From an uncultured Gammaproteobacteria bacterium (GTDB lineage: Bacteria > Patescibacteriota > Microgenomatia > Levybacterales > UBA12049): 62,052 bases of DNA. Under the pieces are notes generated by a model. It had not been told where the DNA came from. It saw nothing but the letters and a program-made list of their open reading frames with translations, and did no database searches. Shown one piece after another: positions 1-9,127 of the stretch (positions are counted from its first letter, which is position 1; the number at the start of each line of letters is the position of its first letter). A program made the translations under genes and the position numbers. The stretch lies in NCBI GenBank assembly GCA_964537895.1, contig CAZIDK010000004.1, positions 1-62,052 of the forward strand, read 5' to 3'.

Positions 1-642
1 GAGGGAGGAATTGTAATTTTTCCGACAGACACCGCTTTTGGCATGGGCTGCAGAATGGATAACAAAGATTCTGTTAAGAGGCTTTTTTCGATTCGCAAAA
101 GACCGCAAAATCAAGCAACGCCGGTATTATTCAATAATGTTGAGGCGATGAAAGAATATCTTCAGGATATTCCTAAAGAGGTTAAAGAAAAATTAATGGA
201 TAAATATTGGCCCGGAGCCTTAACTATAGTTCTTTCCTGTAAAACAGATAAAGTTTTTAGTCTTATCCGCGGAAATTCAAATAATATGGGAGTAAGAATA
301 CCTGACGACAATAATCTGATCTCAATAATTGAAAAATTAGGAGTAGGAGTTTTAGGACCGTCTGCGAATTTTCATGGGAAATCTACACCATATTATTTTG
401 ATGATTTAGATCCGGAGCTTGTCAGTCTGGTTGATTACGTTGTTGAGGGTGAATGCAAGCTAAAAGACGTGTCTACTGTTATTAATTGTTCCGTAAATCC
501 TTGGAAAATAATAAGAGTAGGAGCTGTTAAATTAAATTTATCCCGCACCTTTTTAAAACCCCGCAGTTTGCTGCGTGGGTGTCGTTCTTCATTTTTCCAC
601 GTGGGTTTAATGCTCTGTGGGGGAAAGGTGCTGGATTTATAA
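1..642 (+). CDS. tsaC: L-threonylcarbamoyladenylate synthase, YrdC/Sua5-domain protein (5' end outside window)
   Basis: Frame 1 is open from nt 1 (EGGIVIFPTDTAFGMGC). YrdC-type motifs are present: PTDTxxG, YWPGALTIVL, GVRIPD. The domain appears to end near IIRVGAV. The last ~35 codons translate repeat 546-580 and look like read-through. Confidence 0.8.
   Translation, partial: EGGIVIFPTDTAFGMGCRMDNKDSVKRLFSIRKRPQNQATPVLFNNVEAMKEYLQDIPKEVKEKLMDKYWPGALTIVLSCKTDKVFSLIRGNSNNMGVRIPDDNNLISIIEKLGVGVLGPSANFHGKSTPYYFDDLDPELVSLVDYVVEGECKLKDVSTVINCSVNPWKIIRVGAVKLNLSRTFLKPRSLLRGCRSSFFHVGLMLCGGKVLDL
546..580 (+). repeat. 35-nt GC-rich hairpin repeat, copy 1 (CACCTTTTTAAAACCCCGCAGTTTGCTGCGTGGGT)
   Basis: 31/35 identical to the reverse complement of 50892-50926. 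Stem GCAG/CTGC here versus GCGG/CCGC in the other copy, a compensatory change. Confidence 0.75.
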
Positions 643-643
643 A

Positions 644-964
644 ATGGGAAAAACTTTATTAATAGACGCGTCCGATAACAAAAAAATAAAAGTAGGTTTA
701 AAAATAGATAAAAAATCATTTTATCTTAGCTCAAATTCTACCGTTTTAAAATCTCAAGCGGTTCTTATTTTAATAGACAAATTGTTAAAAAAACATAAAT
801 TGCGAGTAGAGGATTTAACTCAAGTTGAGGTAAATTTAGGCCCGGGTTCGTTTACCGGAGTAAGAGTTGGGGTTTCGGTTGCAAATGCCTTAGGATTTTC
901 GTTAAAAATACCGGTTAACGGCAAAAAAGTTGGTGATTTTGCAGAACCGTTATATAATAAATAA
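644..964 (+). CDS. tsaB: TsaB/YeaZ-like protein, minimal (about 106 aa) form
   Basis: MGKTLLIDAS start and the GPGSFTGVRVG motif typical of TsaB. Lies immediately downstream of tsaC. The ATG at 644 is preferred over the upstream start at 617, which overlaps the tsaC tail. Confidence 0.7.
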   Translation: MGKTLLIDASDNKKIKVGLKIDKKSFYLSSNSTVLKSQAVLILIDKLLKKHKLRVEDLTQVEVNLGPGSFTGVRVGVSVANALGFSLKIPVNGKKVGDFAEPLYNK

Positions 965-966
965 GT

Positions 967-1944
967 ATGAAGGATTTTCTGCGCCATCTTTTTTTACCCC
1001 ACATAGCAAATAATTATCGCGCGAAGCTTCTTCATCACAAAAGCATACTGGTAGTTATTGCAGTTCTTTTTTTTGCGGGCTTTTCTTTTTCCGCTGTTAG
1101 AACTACTTTGCCTTCGGTTTTAGGAACTTTTAGTGATATAAGTTCCGAGCAATTGCTTTTACTTACAAATCAGAAAAGACAGGAAAATGGACTCTCTCCG
1201 TTGTCATTAAACCAGCAGCTTTCCAACGCCGCATCAGGCAAAGCAAACGATATGTTTGCTCAAAATTATTGGGCGCATAATTCTCCGGATGGCAAAACGC
1301 CTTGGGTTTTTATTAAAGGTGCGGGCTACAACTATATTTATGCGGGGGAAAATTTAGCAAGAGGTTTTACCAATGCTCAAGATGTTATTAATGCTTGGAT
1401 GGCAAGCCCGGAACATCGAAAAAACATGCTTTCAGGTAATTATCAAAACGTTGGCTATGCTGCTGAAACAGGCAAATTAAATGGTGAAGATACGGTTTTA
1501 GTTGTTGAAATGCTCGGAAGTACAGCGTTAGCCGCTGCTCCTTCTCCTACTAATCAATTGGCCAGTAAAACCCAGCAAGAAGTGACATCAATAACTTCTT
1601 CGCCTATCCCCGAGCTAAGCTCGGCTGAGGCAACTCCCACAAGTACGCCGGTAAATATAGTTCAAAAAGTTGTTCCTCCGACTTCTTTAAGCAATAAAAC
1701 AGAGGGGTCGGTTTTGGACTCAAATAAGGCAGCTAATTTTAAGCCGCTTATAAATAGCGCTACTTTATCTTCCGATGTTTCTAAAGGAGTAGCGGTATTG
1801 TTTATTTTTGCATTGATTTTGGATATGATTGTTATAGAAAGACGAAGAGTAATTCGTTTAGTTGGCCACAATATGGATCATGTATTCTTTTTAACTCTAA
1901 CACTGTTTCTGATTACGCTTATTGTCAAAGGAGCTATTGTTTAA
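967..1944 (+). CDS. CAP/SCP (PR-1-like, YkwD-type) domain protein with N- and C-terminal TM segments
   Basis: Motifs NYWAHNSPDG, GENLARGF, WMASPEHRKNML. Ser/Thr/Pro-rich linker and a hydrophobic C-terminus. Confidence 0.75.
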   Translation: MKDFLRHLFLPHIANNYRAKLLHHKSILVVIAVLFFAGFSFSAVRTTLPSVLGTFSDISSEQLLLLTNQKRQENGLSPLSLNQQLSNAASGKANDMFAQNYWAHNSPDGKTPWVFIKGAGYNYIYAGENLARGFTNAQDVINAWMASPEHRKNMLSGNYQNVGYAAETGKLNGEDTVLVVEMLGSTALAAAPSPTNQLASKTQQEVTSITSSPIPELSSAEATPTSTPVNIVQKVVPPTSLSNKTEGSVLDSNKAANFKPLINSATLSSDVSKGVAVLFIFALILDMIVIERRRVIRLVGHNMDHVFFLTLTLFLITLIVKGAIV

Positions 1945-2216
1945 TGTTTAAAAAAATTAACGAGCACGCAGCCTATTACGTTTCACTAATTATAATATTT
2001 GCTTTGGGAATATTTCTGATGTCTTCGGCAGCGCCTAATAAACAGCTCCAGATGCTAATTTTTGTGATTATGGCATTTTTTTATGTAGTTTGGGGAGTTA
2101 TGCATCATTTTATAAATCATGAATTATCAGCCAAAATTGTGGTAGAATATATCCTTATTGGCATACTTGGAGTAGCCATAATGTTTTTTCTATTAAAAGG
2201 AGGGTTTGGAATTTAA
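1944..2216 (+). CDS. small membrane protein (3 predicted TM helices), hypothetical
   Basis: 90-aa hydrophobic ORF with TAATG stop/start overlap with the upstream gene. Confidence 0.6.
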   Translation: MFKKINEHAAYYVSLIIIFALGIFLMSSAAPNKQLQMLIFVIMAFFYVVWGVMHHFINHELSAKIVVEYILIGILGVAIMFFLLKGGFGI

Positions 2217-2270
2217 CACTTCGACTTTGTCCTGCGCCAGACGGTGCGGGACTTTGCTCAGTGTTGAGGA
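2217..2270 (+). repeat. intergenic GC-rich hairpin (GTCCTGCGCC-AGAC-GGTGCGGGAC), repeat-family member or possible terminator
   Basis: 10-bp stem at 2229-2252 including two G-U pairs, followed by TTTGCTCAG. Shares TTCGAC and GCTCAG words with other GC-rich repeats in the window. Confidence 0.5.
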
Positions 2271-2279
2271 GATTAAAAT

Positions 2280-3005
2280 ATGAAAGGTGTAATTTTAGCC
2301 GGAGGAAAGGCCACTAGGCTTAGGCCCCTAACAAAGATTACTTCAAAACAACTTCTTCCTGTATATAACAAGCCGATGATATATTATCCTATTCAAACTT
2401 TAGCTAAAGCGGGAATTAAAGAGATTTTAATAATTGTGGCTCCCGAATATTCAGGTCAGTTTTTAAATCTTCTTGGTTCCGGAAGCGAGATGGGGGTTAA
2501 ATTGTCATATGAAGTTCAAGATCAGCCTCGAGGGCTTGCGGATGCATTTATCGTAGGTGAAAAATTTATTGGAGAAGATAGCGTAACCATGATTTTAGGT
2601 GATAACATTTTTGATCATGATTTTACAGATAATGTTGTTTCTTTTAAATCGGGAGCACGGATATTTGCTAAAAAGGTTCCTGACCCTGAGCGTTCCGGAG
2701 TGGTAGAGTTTGATAAGAATCATAAAGTTATTTCGATTGTCGAAAAACCGGAGCATCCAAAGAGTGATTACGCAATTGTCGGTTTTTACATTTACGATAA
2801 TAGAGTTATTGAATATGCAAAAAGTTTAAAGCCATCTACCAGGGGTGAAATAGAAATAGTTGACCTTCATAATAAATACCTTTCAAAAGGGGAGTTGGAA
2901 GTTGGCATAATTGAAGGAATGTGGGAAGATGCTGGAACTTTTGACAGCCTTCTACGTGTTAATAATATTATTGCAGAAAAAGTAAAGCGGGGAGAATTAA
3001 CATAA
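2280..3005 (+). CDS. rfbA: glucose-1-phosphate thymidylyltransferase-like sugar nucleotidyltransferase (short form)
   Basis: MKGVILAGGKATRLRPLT N-terminus and EKPxxPKS motif. Adjacent to rfbB. Confidence 0.75.
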   Translation: MKGVILAGGKATRLRPLTKITSKQLLPVYNKPMIYYPIQTLAKAGIKEILIIVAPEYSGQFLNLLGSGSEMGVKLSYEVQDQPRGLADAFIVGEKFIGEDSVTMILGDNIFDHDFTDNVVSFKSGARIFAKKVPDPERSGVVEFDKNHKVISIVEKPEHPKSDYAIVGFYIYDNRVIEYAKSLKPSTRGEIEIVDLHNKYLSKGELEVGIIEGMWEDAGTFDSLLRVNNIIAEKVKRGELT

Positions 3006-4016
3006 ATGAAACTATTGGTTACAGGTGGTGCGGGATTTATCGGCTCTAATTTTATCCTCTACTGGATTAAGAATCACCCGGAAGATTTAATTGTTAATTT
3101 AGACAAACTGACCTACGCCGGAAACTTAGAGAATTTAAAAAGCATAGAAGGAAATTCCAATTATTCTTTTATCCATGGTGATATTTGTGATTCTAAAATT
3201 GCAGACAAAGCGATGGAGGGAATAGATGCTGTTGTTCATTTTGCAGCGGAAAGTCATGTAGATAGAAGTATTATTGACCCTTCTAATTTTGTTAAAACTA
3301 ATGTCTTAGGAACACAAGTTTTACTTGATGCCGCGTTAAGGTATAAGATAAAAAGATTTCATCATATATCAACGGATGAGGTGTATGGAAGCCTCAAACT
3401 CGAAGATGCGAACAAATTTAATGAACGAACAAATTATGACCCCAGAAGTCCTTATGCTGCCAGTAAAGCCGGGTCAGATCACTTAGTTAGAGCATACAGG
3501 GAAACTTACGATTTACCGATAACTATTTCTAACTGCACAAATAATTTTGGCCCCTACCAATTCCCGGAAAAATTTATTCCGCTGGCAATTACAAATCTTT
3601 TAGAAAATAAGAAAGTGCCGGTTTACGGAGACGGACTGTATATAAGGGACTGGCTTTATGTTGAAGATCATTGCAGGGCTATTGATTTAATCTTACAAAA
3701 AGGTAAAATTGGAGAAACCTATTGCATTGGCGGTTTAACAGAAGATATCAATAATCTTGAGGTAATTAAAAAAATAATAAAGCTTTTGGGAAAAGATAAT
3801 AATTCAATTGATTTTGTAAAAGATAGGCCGGGTCATGATAGAAGATACGCTTTGGATTGGTCAAAAATAAAAAACGAGCTGGGTTTTGAACCTTTATATT
3901 CTTTTGACGAGTGGCTGGAGAAAACTGTCCGGTGGTATAAGGAAAATCAGGATTGGTGGAAAAGGGTAAAAAACGGAGAATATCAGAAATACTACGAACA
4001 GCAGTATGGAATATGA
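3006..4016 (+). CDS. rfbB: dTDP-glucose 4,6-dehydratase
   Basis: TGGAGFIGSNF Rossmann motif, YAASKAGSDHLVRAY catalytic YxxxK, and the length is typical of RmlB. Confidence 0.9.
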   Translation: MKLLVTGGAGFIGSNFILYWIKNHPEDLIVNLDKLTYAGNLENLKSIEGNSNYSFIHGDICDSKIADKAMEGIDAVVHFAAESHVDRSIIDPSNFVKTNVLGTQVLLDAALRYKIKRFHHISTDEVYGSLKLEDANKFNERTNYDPRSPYAASKAGSDHLVRAYRETYDLPITISNCTNNFGPYQFPEKFIPLAITNLLENKKVPVYGDGLYIRDWLYVEDHCRAIDLILQKGKIGETYCIGGLTEDINNLEVIKKIIKLLGKDNNSIDFVKDRPGHDRRYALDWSKIKNELGFEPLYSFDEWLEKTVRWYKENQDWWKRVKNGEYQKYYEQQYGI

Positions 4017-4933
4017 AGATTCTAGTAACGGGATTATCGGGACTTGTGGGGTCAAGATTCACAGAATTATTGGGCGATTCTTACGAATTTGAAGGAATAA
4101 CAAGGGAATCGGGAGTAGACATAACGGATGAGGCCTCAATTAATCGAAAAATACTTTCTTCGGATGCGCAAATTATTCTTCATTTAGCCGCAAAAGCAGA
4201 TGTTGACGGGTGTGAGAAAGATAAGGAAATTGACGAAAAATTTTTAGCTCAAAAAGACTTTGACCGGCAAGATTGGATAAATAAAAAAACAGCCTGGACA
4301 ATAAATGTTTCAGGTACTAAATATATTGTTGAAGCTTGTAAGGAAGCTAATAAGAAAATTATTTTTGTTTCTACCGATTTTGTTTTTAACGGAGACAAAT
4401 CTCAAGACGAGGGCTATGTTGAGGAAGATATCCAAAATCCAATTAATTGGTATGGGAAAACAAAATATGAAGCGGAAAAATTAGTTTTGGGTTCGGGCTT
4501 GGATTGGACAATTGTCCGCCTTGCTTATCCTTACAGAGCTAATTTTGCTAAAAAAAATGATTTTTTAAGAGCAATTATGCAAAGATTTAAAAACGGTCAA
4601 AGTCTAAATATGATAGCCGATCATATAATGACCCCAACATTTATTGATGATTTTGTTTATGCGATTGATTCTCTTATAAAAACAAATTCAAGCGGAATAT
4701 TTAATGTTGTTGGGGATCAATTTATTTCGCCATATGAGTGCGCAGTTCTTGTTGCTGAGAAATTCAATTTTGATAAAGGTTTAATTACACAAATAACCAG
4801 GAAAGAATATTTTAAGGATAAAGCTCAAAGGCCCTTTTTTCTCGGCCTCAAAAATGATAAAATTAAAAATATGGGCATAAAAATGAGATCTTTTGAAAAC
4901 GGTTTGGAAGAAGTTAAAAAACAAATATTATGA
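4013..4933 (+). CDS. rfbD: dTDP-4-dehydrorhamnose reductase-like (RmlD substrate-binding family)
   Basis: MKILVTGLSGLVGSRF and YGKTKYEAE (YxxxK). ATGA overlap with the rfbB stop. Internal ATG at 4013 chosen. Confidence 0.65.
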   Translation: MKILVTGLSGLVGSRFTELLGDSYEFEGITRESGVDITDEASINRKILSSDAQIILHLAAKADVDGCEKDKEIDEKFLAQKDFDRQDWINKKTAWTINVSGTKYIVEACKEANKKIIFVSTDFVFNGDKSQDEGYVEEDIQNPINWYGKTKYEAEKLVLGSGLDWTIVRLAYPYRANFAKKNDFLRAIMQRFKNGQSLNMIADHIMTPTFIDDFVYAIDSLIKTNSSGIFNVVGDQFISPYECAVLVAEKFNFDKGLITQITRKEYFKDKAQRPFFLGLKNDKIKNMGIKMRSFENGLEEVKKQIL

Positions 4934-6219
4934 CAATTACTTTTGTTGGGCACGGTTATGTCGGCTTGGTTACTGCGGCTGTTTTTGCGGATTTCGGAAA
5001 CACGGTATATGTAATAGGTCACACGAAAGAGAAGATTGAAAATTTAAAGCGCGGAGCAATTCCTATCTATGAACCGGGACTGGAGGAGTTAGTTAAAAAA
5101 AATGTCAAAGCAAAAAGATTGATTTTTACCCTTAATTATAGCCCTTCGATTTCAGAGTCAGATATAGTTTTTATTGCAGTTGGGACACCTACCACAAAAA
5201 CCGGTGACGCCGACCTTTCCACAGTTTTGGGGGTTGCCAAAAAAATAGGACAAAACCTCAAAGCTTATACCGTGGTTGCGACGAAAAGTACGGTTCCTGC
5301 AGGCACAAATAAGAAGGTCAAAAGAATTCTGGAGGAATCAAAGCCACAAGATGCTGAGGTTGATTATGCATCCGTTCCGGAATTTTTGCGGGAAGGAAGC
5401 GCCATTTCTGACACAACTAATCCCGATAGAATTGTTATAGGTACACAGAGTAAGCGGGCGCAAGAAATGTTAACCAAGCTCCATGAGCCGATTAATGCGC
5501 CTTTGGTTTTGACAAATTTTGAAACAGCAGAGCTTATAAAATATGCAGCCAATGCGTTTTTGGCTCTTAAGATTTCATATGCCAATGCAATTGCAAAACT
5601 TTCAGAATTACTCGGAGCAGACGCTTTGAAAGTGCTTGAGGGAGTTGGTATGGATAAAAGAATTGGCAGTATGTTTCTTTCTCCAGGCCCGGGCTATGGG
5701 GGAAGCTGTTTTCCAAAAGACGTGAGAGCGCTTATTTCAATTGCAAAAGATAATGATTATCCATTTTCTTTGCTTGAGGAAGTAGAAAATATTAATCATC
5801 AATCAAGAAGAGATATTGTAAGAAAAGCCAGAAAAATTCTCGGAGACATGCGGGATAAAAAAATTGGGATATTGGGATTGGCTTTTAAAGCAAATACAGA
5901 TGATATAAGAGACGCTCCCGCAATTGACATTATCAATTTATTTCAAAACGACGGCGCAAAAATTTCAGCTTTTGATCCAAAAGCTATGGATACAGCGGCC
6001 ACAGTGCTAAAAGACGTCAGTTATAAAAAAGACGCTTATGAGGTTTCTGAAGGAGCCGATTTACTTATTGTACTTACGGAATGGAATGAGTTTAAGGAGT
6101 TAAATTTCACAGATATTAAAAATAGGATGAAGAGCCCAAATATTATTGACGGAAGAAATCTTTATGATCCTGAAAAAATGGCAAAACTGGGATTCACGTA
6201 TCAGGGCATTGGCAGATAA
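4930..6219 (+). CDS. ugd: UDP-glucose 6-dehydrogenase
   Basis: FVGHGYVGLVTAAVFA N-terminus and the GGSCFPKDV catalytic Cys motif. Confidence 0.9.
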   Translation: MTITFVGHGYVGLVTAAVFADFGNTVYVIGHTKEKIENLKRGAIPIYEPGLEELVKKNVKAKRLIFTLNYSPSISESDIVFIAVGTPTTKTGDADLSTVLGVAKKIGQNLKAYTVVATKSTVPAGTNKKVKRILEESKPQDAEVDYASVPEFLREGSAISDTTNPDRIVIGTQSKRAQEMLTKLHEPINAPLVLTNFETAELIKYAANAFLALKISYANAIAKLSELLGADALKVLEGVGMDKRIGSMFLSPGPGYGGSCFPKDVRALISIAKDNDYPFSLLEEVENINHQSRRDIVRKARKILGDMRDKKIGILGLAFKANTDDIRDAPAIDIINLFQNDGAKISAFDPKAMDTAATVLKDVSYKKDAYEVSEGADLLIVLTEWNEFKELNFTDIKNRMKSPNIIDGRNLYDPEKMAKLGFTYQGIGR

Positions 6220-6222
6220 TTT

Positions 6223-7188
6223 ATGGCTACAAAAATACTCATTACAGGCGCTACGGGTTTTGTGGGCAGCCATTTAATAGAATATCTTATTGGTAAAAAT
6301 AACAATAATGAATTTTATGGAACTTATCTTTCCGACAATAGTTTGAAAAATTTAGATAAGGTTAAAAATCGTATAAGCCTCACAAAGTTAGATCTCTCAA
6401 ACGAAAAAGATGTCTTTGAATTAGTAGAAAAAGTAAGACCGGACATTATTTTTCATCTGGCGGCTATAGCTTCTGCCGCAGATAGTTTTTCTTCTCCTGC
6501 GGAATCGGTAATAAACAATATTCATTCACAAATTAATCTCTTAGAAGGAGTAAGAAGGTCAAACTTAAGTGATGCAAAAATTTTAATCATTTCCTCGGCA
6601 GAGGTTTACGGAGACGTAGATAAAAATGATTTGCCAATAGATGAGAACGTAAGCTTCAGGCCAACAAACTCGTATGCGGTTTCCAAGCTGGCGCAAGATT
6701 TTTTGGGGCTGCAATATTTTTTGTCCTATAATTTAAAAACAATTAGAGTAAGACCCTTTAATCACATCGGCCCAAGGCAGTCACCCGGATTTGTTGTTGC
6801 GGCTTTTGCTAAAAAAATTGTGGAGATAGAAAAAGGAAAAAGAAACGGCGTTTTAACTGTAGGTAATTTAAAAGCAAAACGTGATTTTACCGACGTGAGG
6901 GATATGGTAAAAGCCTATGATTTGGCAGTATCCAAAGGAGCATTTGGTGAAGTTTACAATCTTGGTTCCGGTATTTCTTACAAAATATCCGATATTCTGG
7001 AGAAACTGCTTTCTTTATCAAAAGCCAAAATTAAAGTAGAAGTCGATAAGTCTCTTTTTAGACCTATCGATAATCCGGATCTTGTTTGCGACGGGGCTAA
7101 ATTTAAAAAACTGACCGGTTGGACTCCTGAAATCGGAATAGACACAACACTTAAAGACACCCTGGACTATTGGAGAAATATAATTTAA
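6223..7188 (+). CDS. NAD-dependent epimerase/dehydratase, GDP-4-dehydro-6-deoxy-D-mannose reductase-like
   Basis: ITGATGFVGSHL and YAVSKLAQDFL (YxxxK). Lies directly upstream of gmd. Specific activity is inferred from context only. Confidence 0.6.
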   Translation: MATKILITGATGFVGSHLIEYLIGKNNNNEFYGTYLSDNSLKNLDKVKNRISLTKLDLSNEKDVFELVEKVRPDIIFHLAAIASAADSFSSPAESVINNIHSQINLLEGVRRSNLSDAKILIISSAEVYGDVDKNDLPIDENVSFRPTNSYAVSKLAQDFLGLQYFLSYNLKTIRVRPFNHIGPRQSPGFVVAAFAKKIVEIEKGKRNGVLTVGNLKAKRDFTDVRDMVKAYDLAVSKGAFGEVYNLGSGISYKISDILEKLLSLSKAKIKVEVDKSLFRPIDNPDLVCDGAKFKKLTGWTPEIGIDTTLKDTLDYWRNII

Positions 7189-7197
7189 AATAATCTT

Positions 7198-8169
7198 ATG
7201 AAAACAGCACTTATCACGGGCATTACGGGTCAAGACGGTCCATATTTGGCAGAGCTTTTGCTTTCCAAAGGATATAAAGTTTACGGTTTGGTTAGGCGAT
7301 TAAGCACTCCTAACATGGACAATATAAAACATATCTATGATAAAATTGAAGTTGTATCGGGAGATTTGCTTGATCAAGGCTCATTAACTGATGCAATAAA
7401 AAATTCCAAACCCGATGAGGTTTATAATTTAGCCGCCCAGTCTTTTGTAAAAGCATCATGGGATCAGCCCGTTTTAACGGGAGAATTTACTGCTTTAGGC
7501 GTAACCAGAATGCTTGAAGCCATAAGAGCTGTTAATCCTAAAATAAAATTCTACCAGGCATCCAGTTCGGAAATGTTTGGAAAAGTTACGGAAACACCTC
7601 AAAGGGAAACAACCAGATTTCATCCAAGAAGTCCATATGGAGTTGCCAAAGTTTATGGACATTACATAACTGTAAATTACAGAGAAAGTTATGGTATTTT
7701 TGCGTGCTCCGGAATACTTTTTAATCATGAATCTCCAAGAAGGGGCATAGAATTTGTTACGCGTAAAATAACCAATGCGGTAGCAAGAATAAGTTTAGGA
7801 AAACAAGATAAATTAGAGCTTGGCAGTCTTGAACCAAAAAGAGACTGGGGATTTTCAGGGGACTATGCCGAAGCAATGTGGCTGATGCTTCAGCAGGAGA
7901 AACCGGATGATTATGTTATAGCAACAGGGGAAAATCACAGTGTAAGAGAATTTGTTAAGGAAGCATTTAAAGTTATTGGAATTGAAGATTGGAAAAAATA
8001 CGTTGTTGCCAATAAGGAAAAATATATGCGTCCGGCAGAGGTTGACTATCTAATTGGAGACGCAAGTAAAGCCAAGAAAGTTTTGGGTTGGGTACCCAAA
8101 ACAAGCTTCAAAGAACTAGTCAAAATAATGGTTGAAGCTGACCTCGAAAGAGAAAGAAACAACGAATAA
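7198..8169 (+). CDS. gmd: GDP-mannose 4,6-dehydratase
   Basis: [49 protein letters not shown]: classic Gmd motifs. Confidence 0.92.
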   Translation: MKTALITGITGQDGPYLAELLLSKGYKVYGLVRRLSTPNMDNIKHIYDKIEVVSGDLLDQGSLTDAIKNSKPDEVYNLAAQSFVKASWDQPVLTGEFTALGVTRMLEAIRAVNPKIKFYQASSSEMFGKVTETPQRETTRFHPRSPYGVAKVYGHYITVNYRESYGIFACSGILFNHESPRRGIEFVTRKITNAVARISLGKQDKLELGSLEPKRDWGFSGDYAEAMWLMLQQEKPDDYVIATGENHSVREFVKEAFKVIGIEDWKKYVVANKEKYMRPAEVDYLIGDASKAKKVLGWVPKTSFKELVKIMVEADLERERNNE

Positions 8170-8170
8170 T

Positions 8171-9127
8171 ATGCAAACCGTTTTAGTTGCCGGAGGAGCA
8201 GGTTTTATAGGTTTCCACTTGTGTAAAAGCTTACTTGCGCAAAACTATAAAGTTATTTGTGTTGATAGTCTTATAACGGGAGATAAAAGTAATTTAAAGG
8301 ATTTTTTAGATAATCAAAATTTTACTTTTTTAGAAAAAGATATTACGAAATTAACAGACAGGGAATTAGCAGCAGATTTCATATTTCATTTGGCAAGCCC
8401 CGCCTCGCCTAATAAAAAAAGTCCGCGAAGTTATATAAACCACCCAATAGAAACATTACTTGCAAATTCTTTGGGAACATACAATCTTTTGGAGTTAGCA
8501 AAAAAAACATCGTCTAAATTTCTTTATGCTTCATCTTCCGAAGTGTATGGAGATCCTGCCGTTTCTCCGCAGAATGAGGATTATTTCGGTAACGTAAACC
8601 CAAACGGGACCAGGTCTGTTTACGATGAGGGGAAGCGTTTTGGAGAAGCAATGACAATGGCATATTTTAGAAAATTTAATCTGGACGTAAGAATTATAAG
8701 AATTTTTAATACATATGGCCCCTTTATGCAAGAAGATGATGGCAGGGTTGTTTCTAATTTTATTAATCAGGCAATTTTAAATAAACCGATAACTATTTAC
8801 GGTAACGGAAGCCAAACCCGCAGTTTTTGCTATGTAGACGATATGGTTGAGGGATTAATGCTTGCTATGTTTTCCGATAAAACAAAAGGTGAGGTAATTA
8901 ATCTTGGCAGCCCTAACGAGCGAAAAATTTCCGAACTTGCTACAATGATAAAAGATATTACCAGTTCGCGATCGGATATTGTTTTTGAGGATTTACCGGA
9001 AGATGACCCGAAAATTAGAAAACCCGATATTGGGAAAGCGGAAAAATTAATAGGCTGGCGCCCTAAAGTAGAAATTGAACAGGGAGTAAAAAACACCGTA
9101 GAATATTTTAAGAGTATTAATATATGA
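8171..9127 (+). CDS. UDP-glucuronate decarboxylase (UDP-xylose synthase)
   Basis: VAGGAGFIGFHL, YDEGKRFGEAM, RIFNTYGP. ATG at 8171 chosen. ugd in the same cluster would supply the substrate. Confidence 0.85.
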   Translation: MQTVLVAGGAGFIGFHLCKSLLAQNYKVICVDSLITGDKSNLKDFLDNQNFTFLEKDITKLTDRELAADFIFHLASPASPNKKSPRSYINHPIETLLANSLGTYNLLELAKKTSSKFLYASSSEVYGDPAVSPQNEDYFGNVNPNGTRSVYDEGKRFGEAMTMAYFRKFNLDVRIIRIFNTYGPFMQEDDGRVVSNFINQAILNKPITIYGNGSQTRSFCYVDDMVEGLMLAMFSDKTKGEVINLGSPNERKISELATMIKDITSSRSDIVFEDLPEDDPKIRKPDIGKAEKLIGWRPKVEIEQGVKNTVEYFKSINI

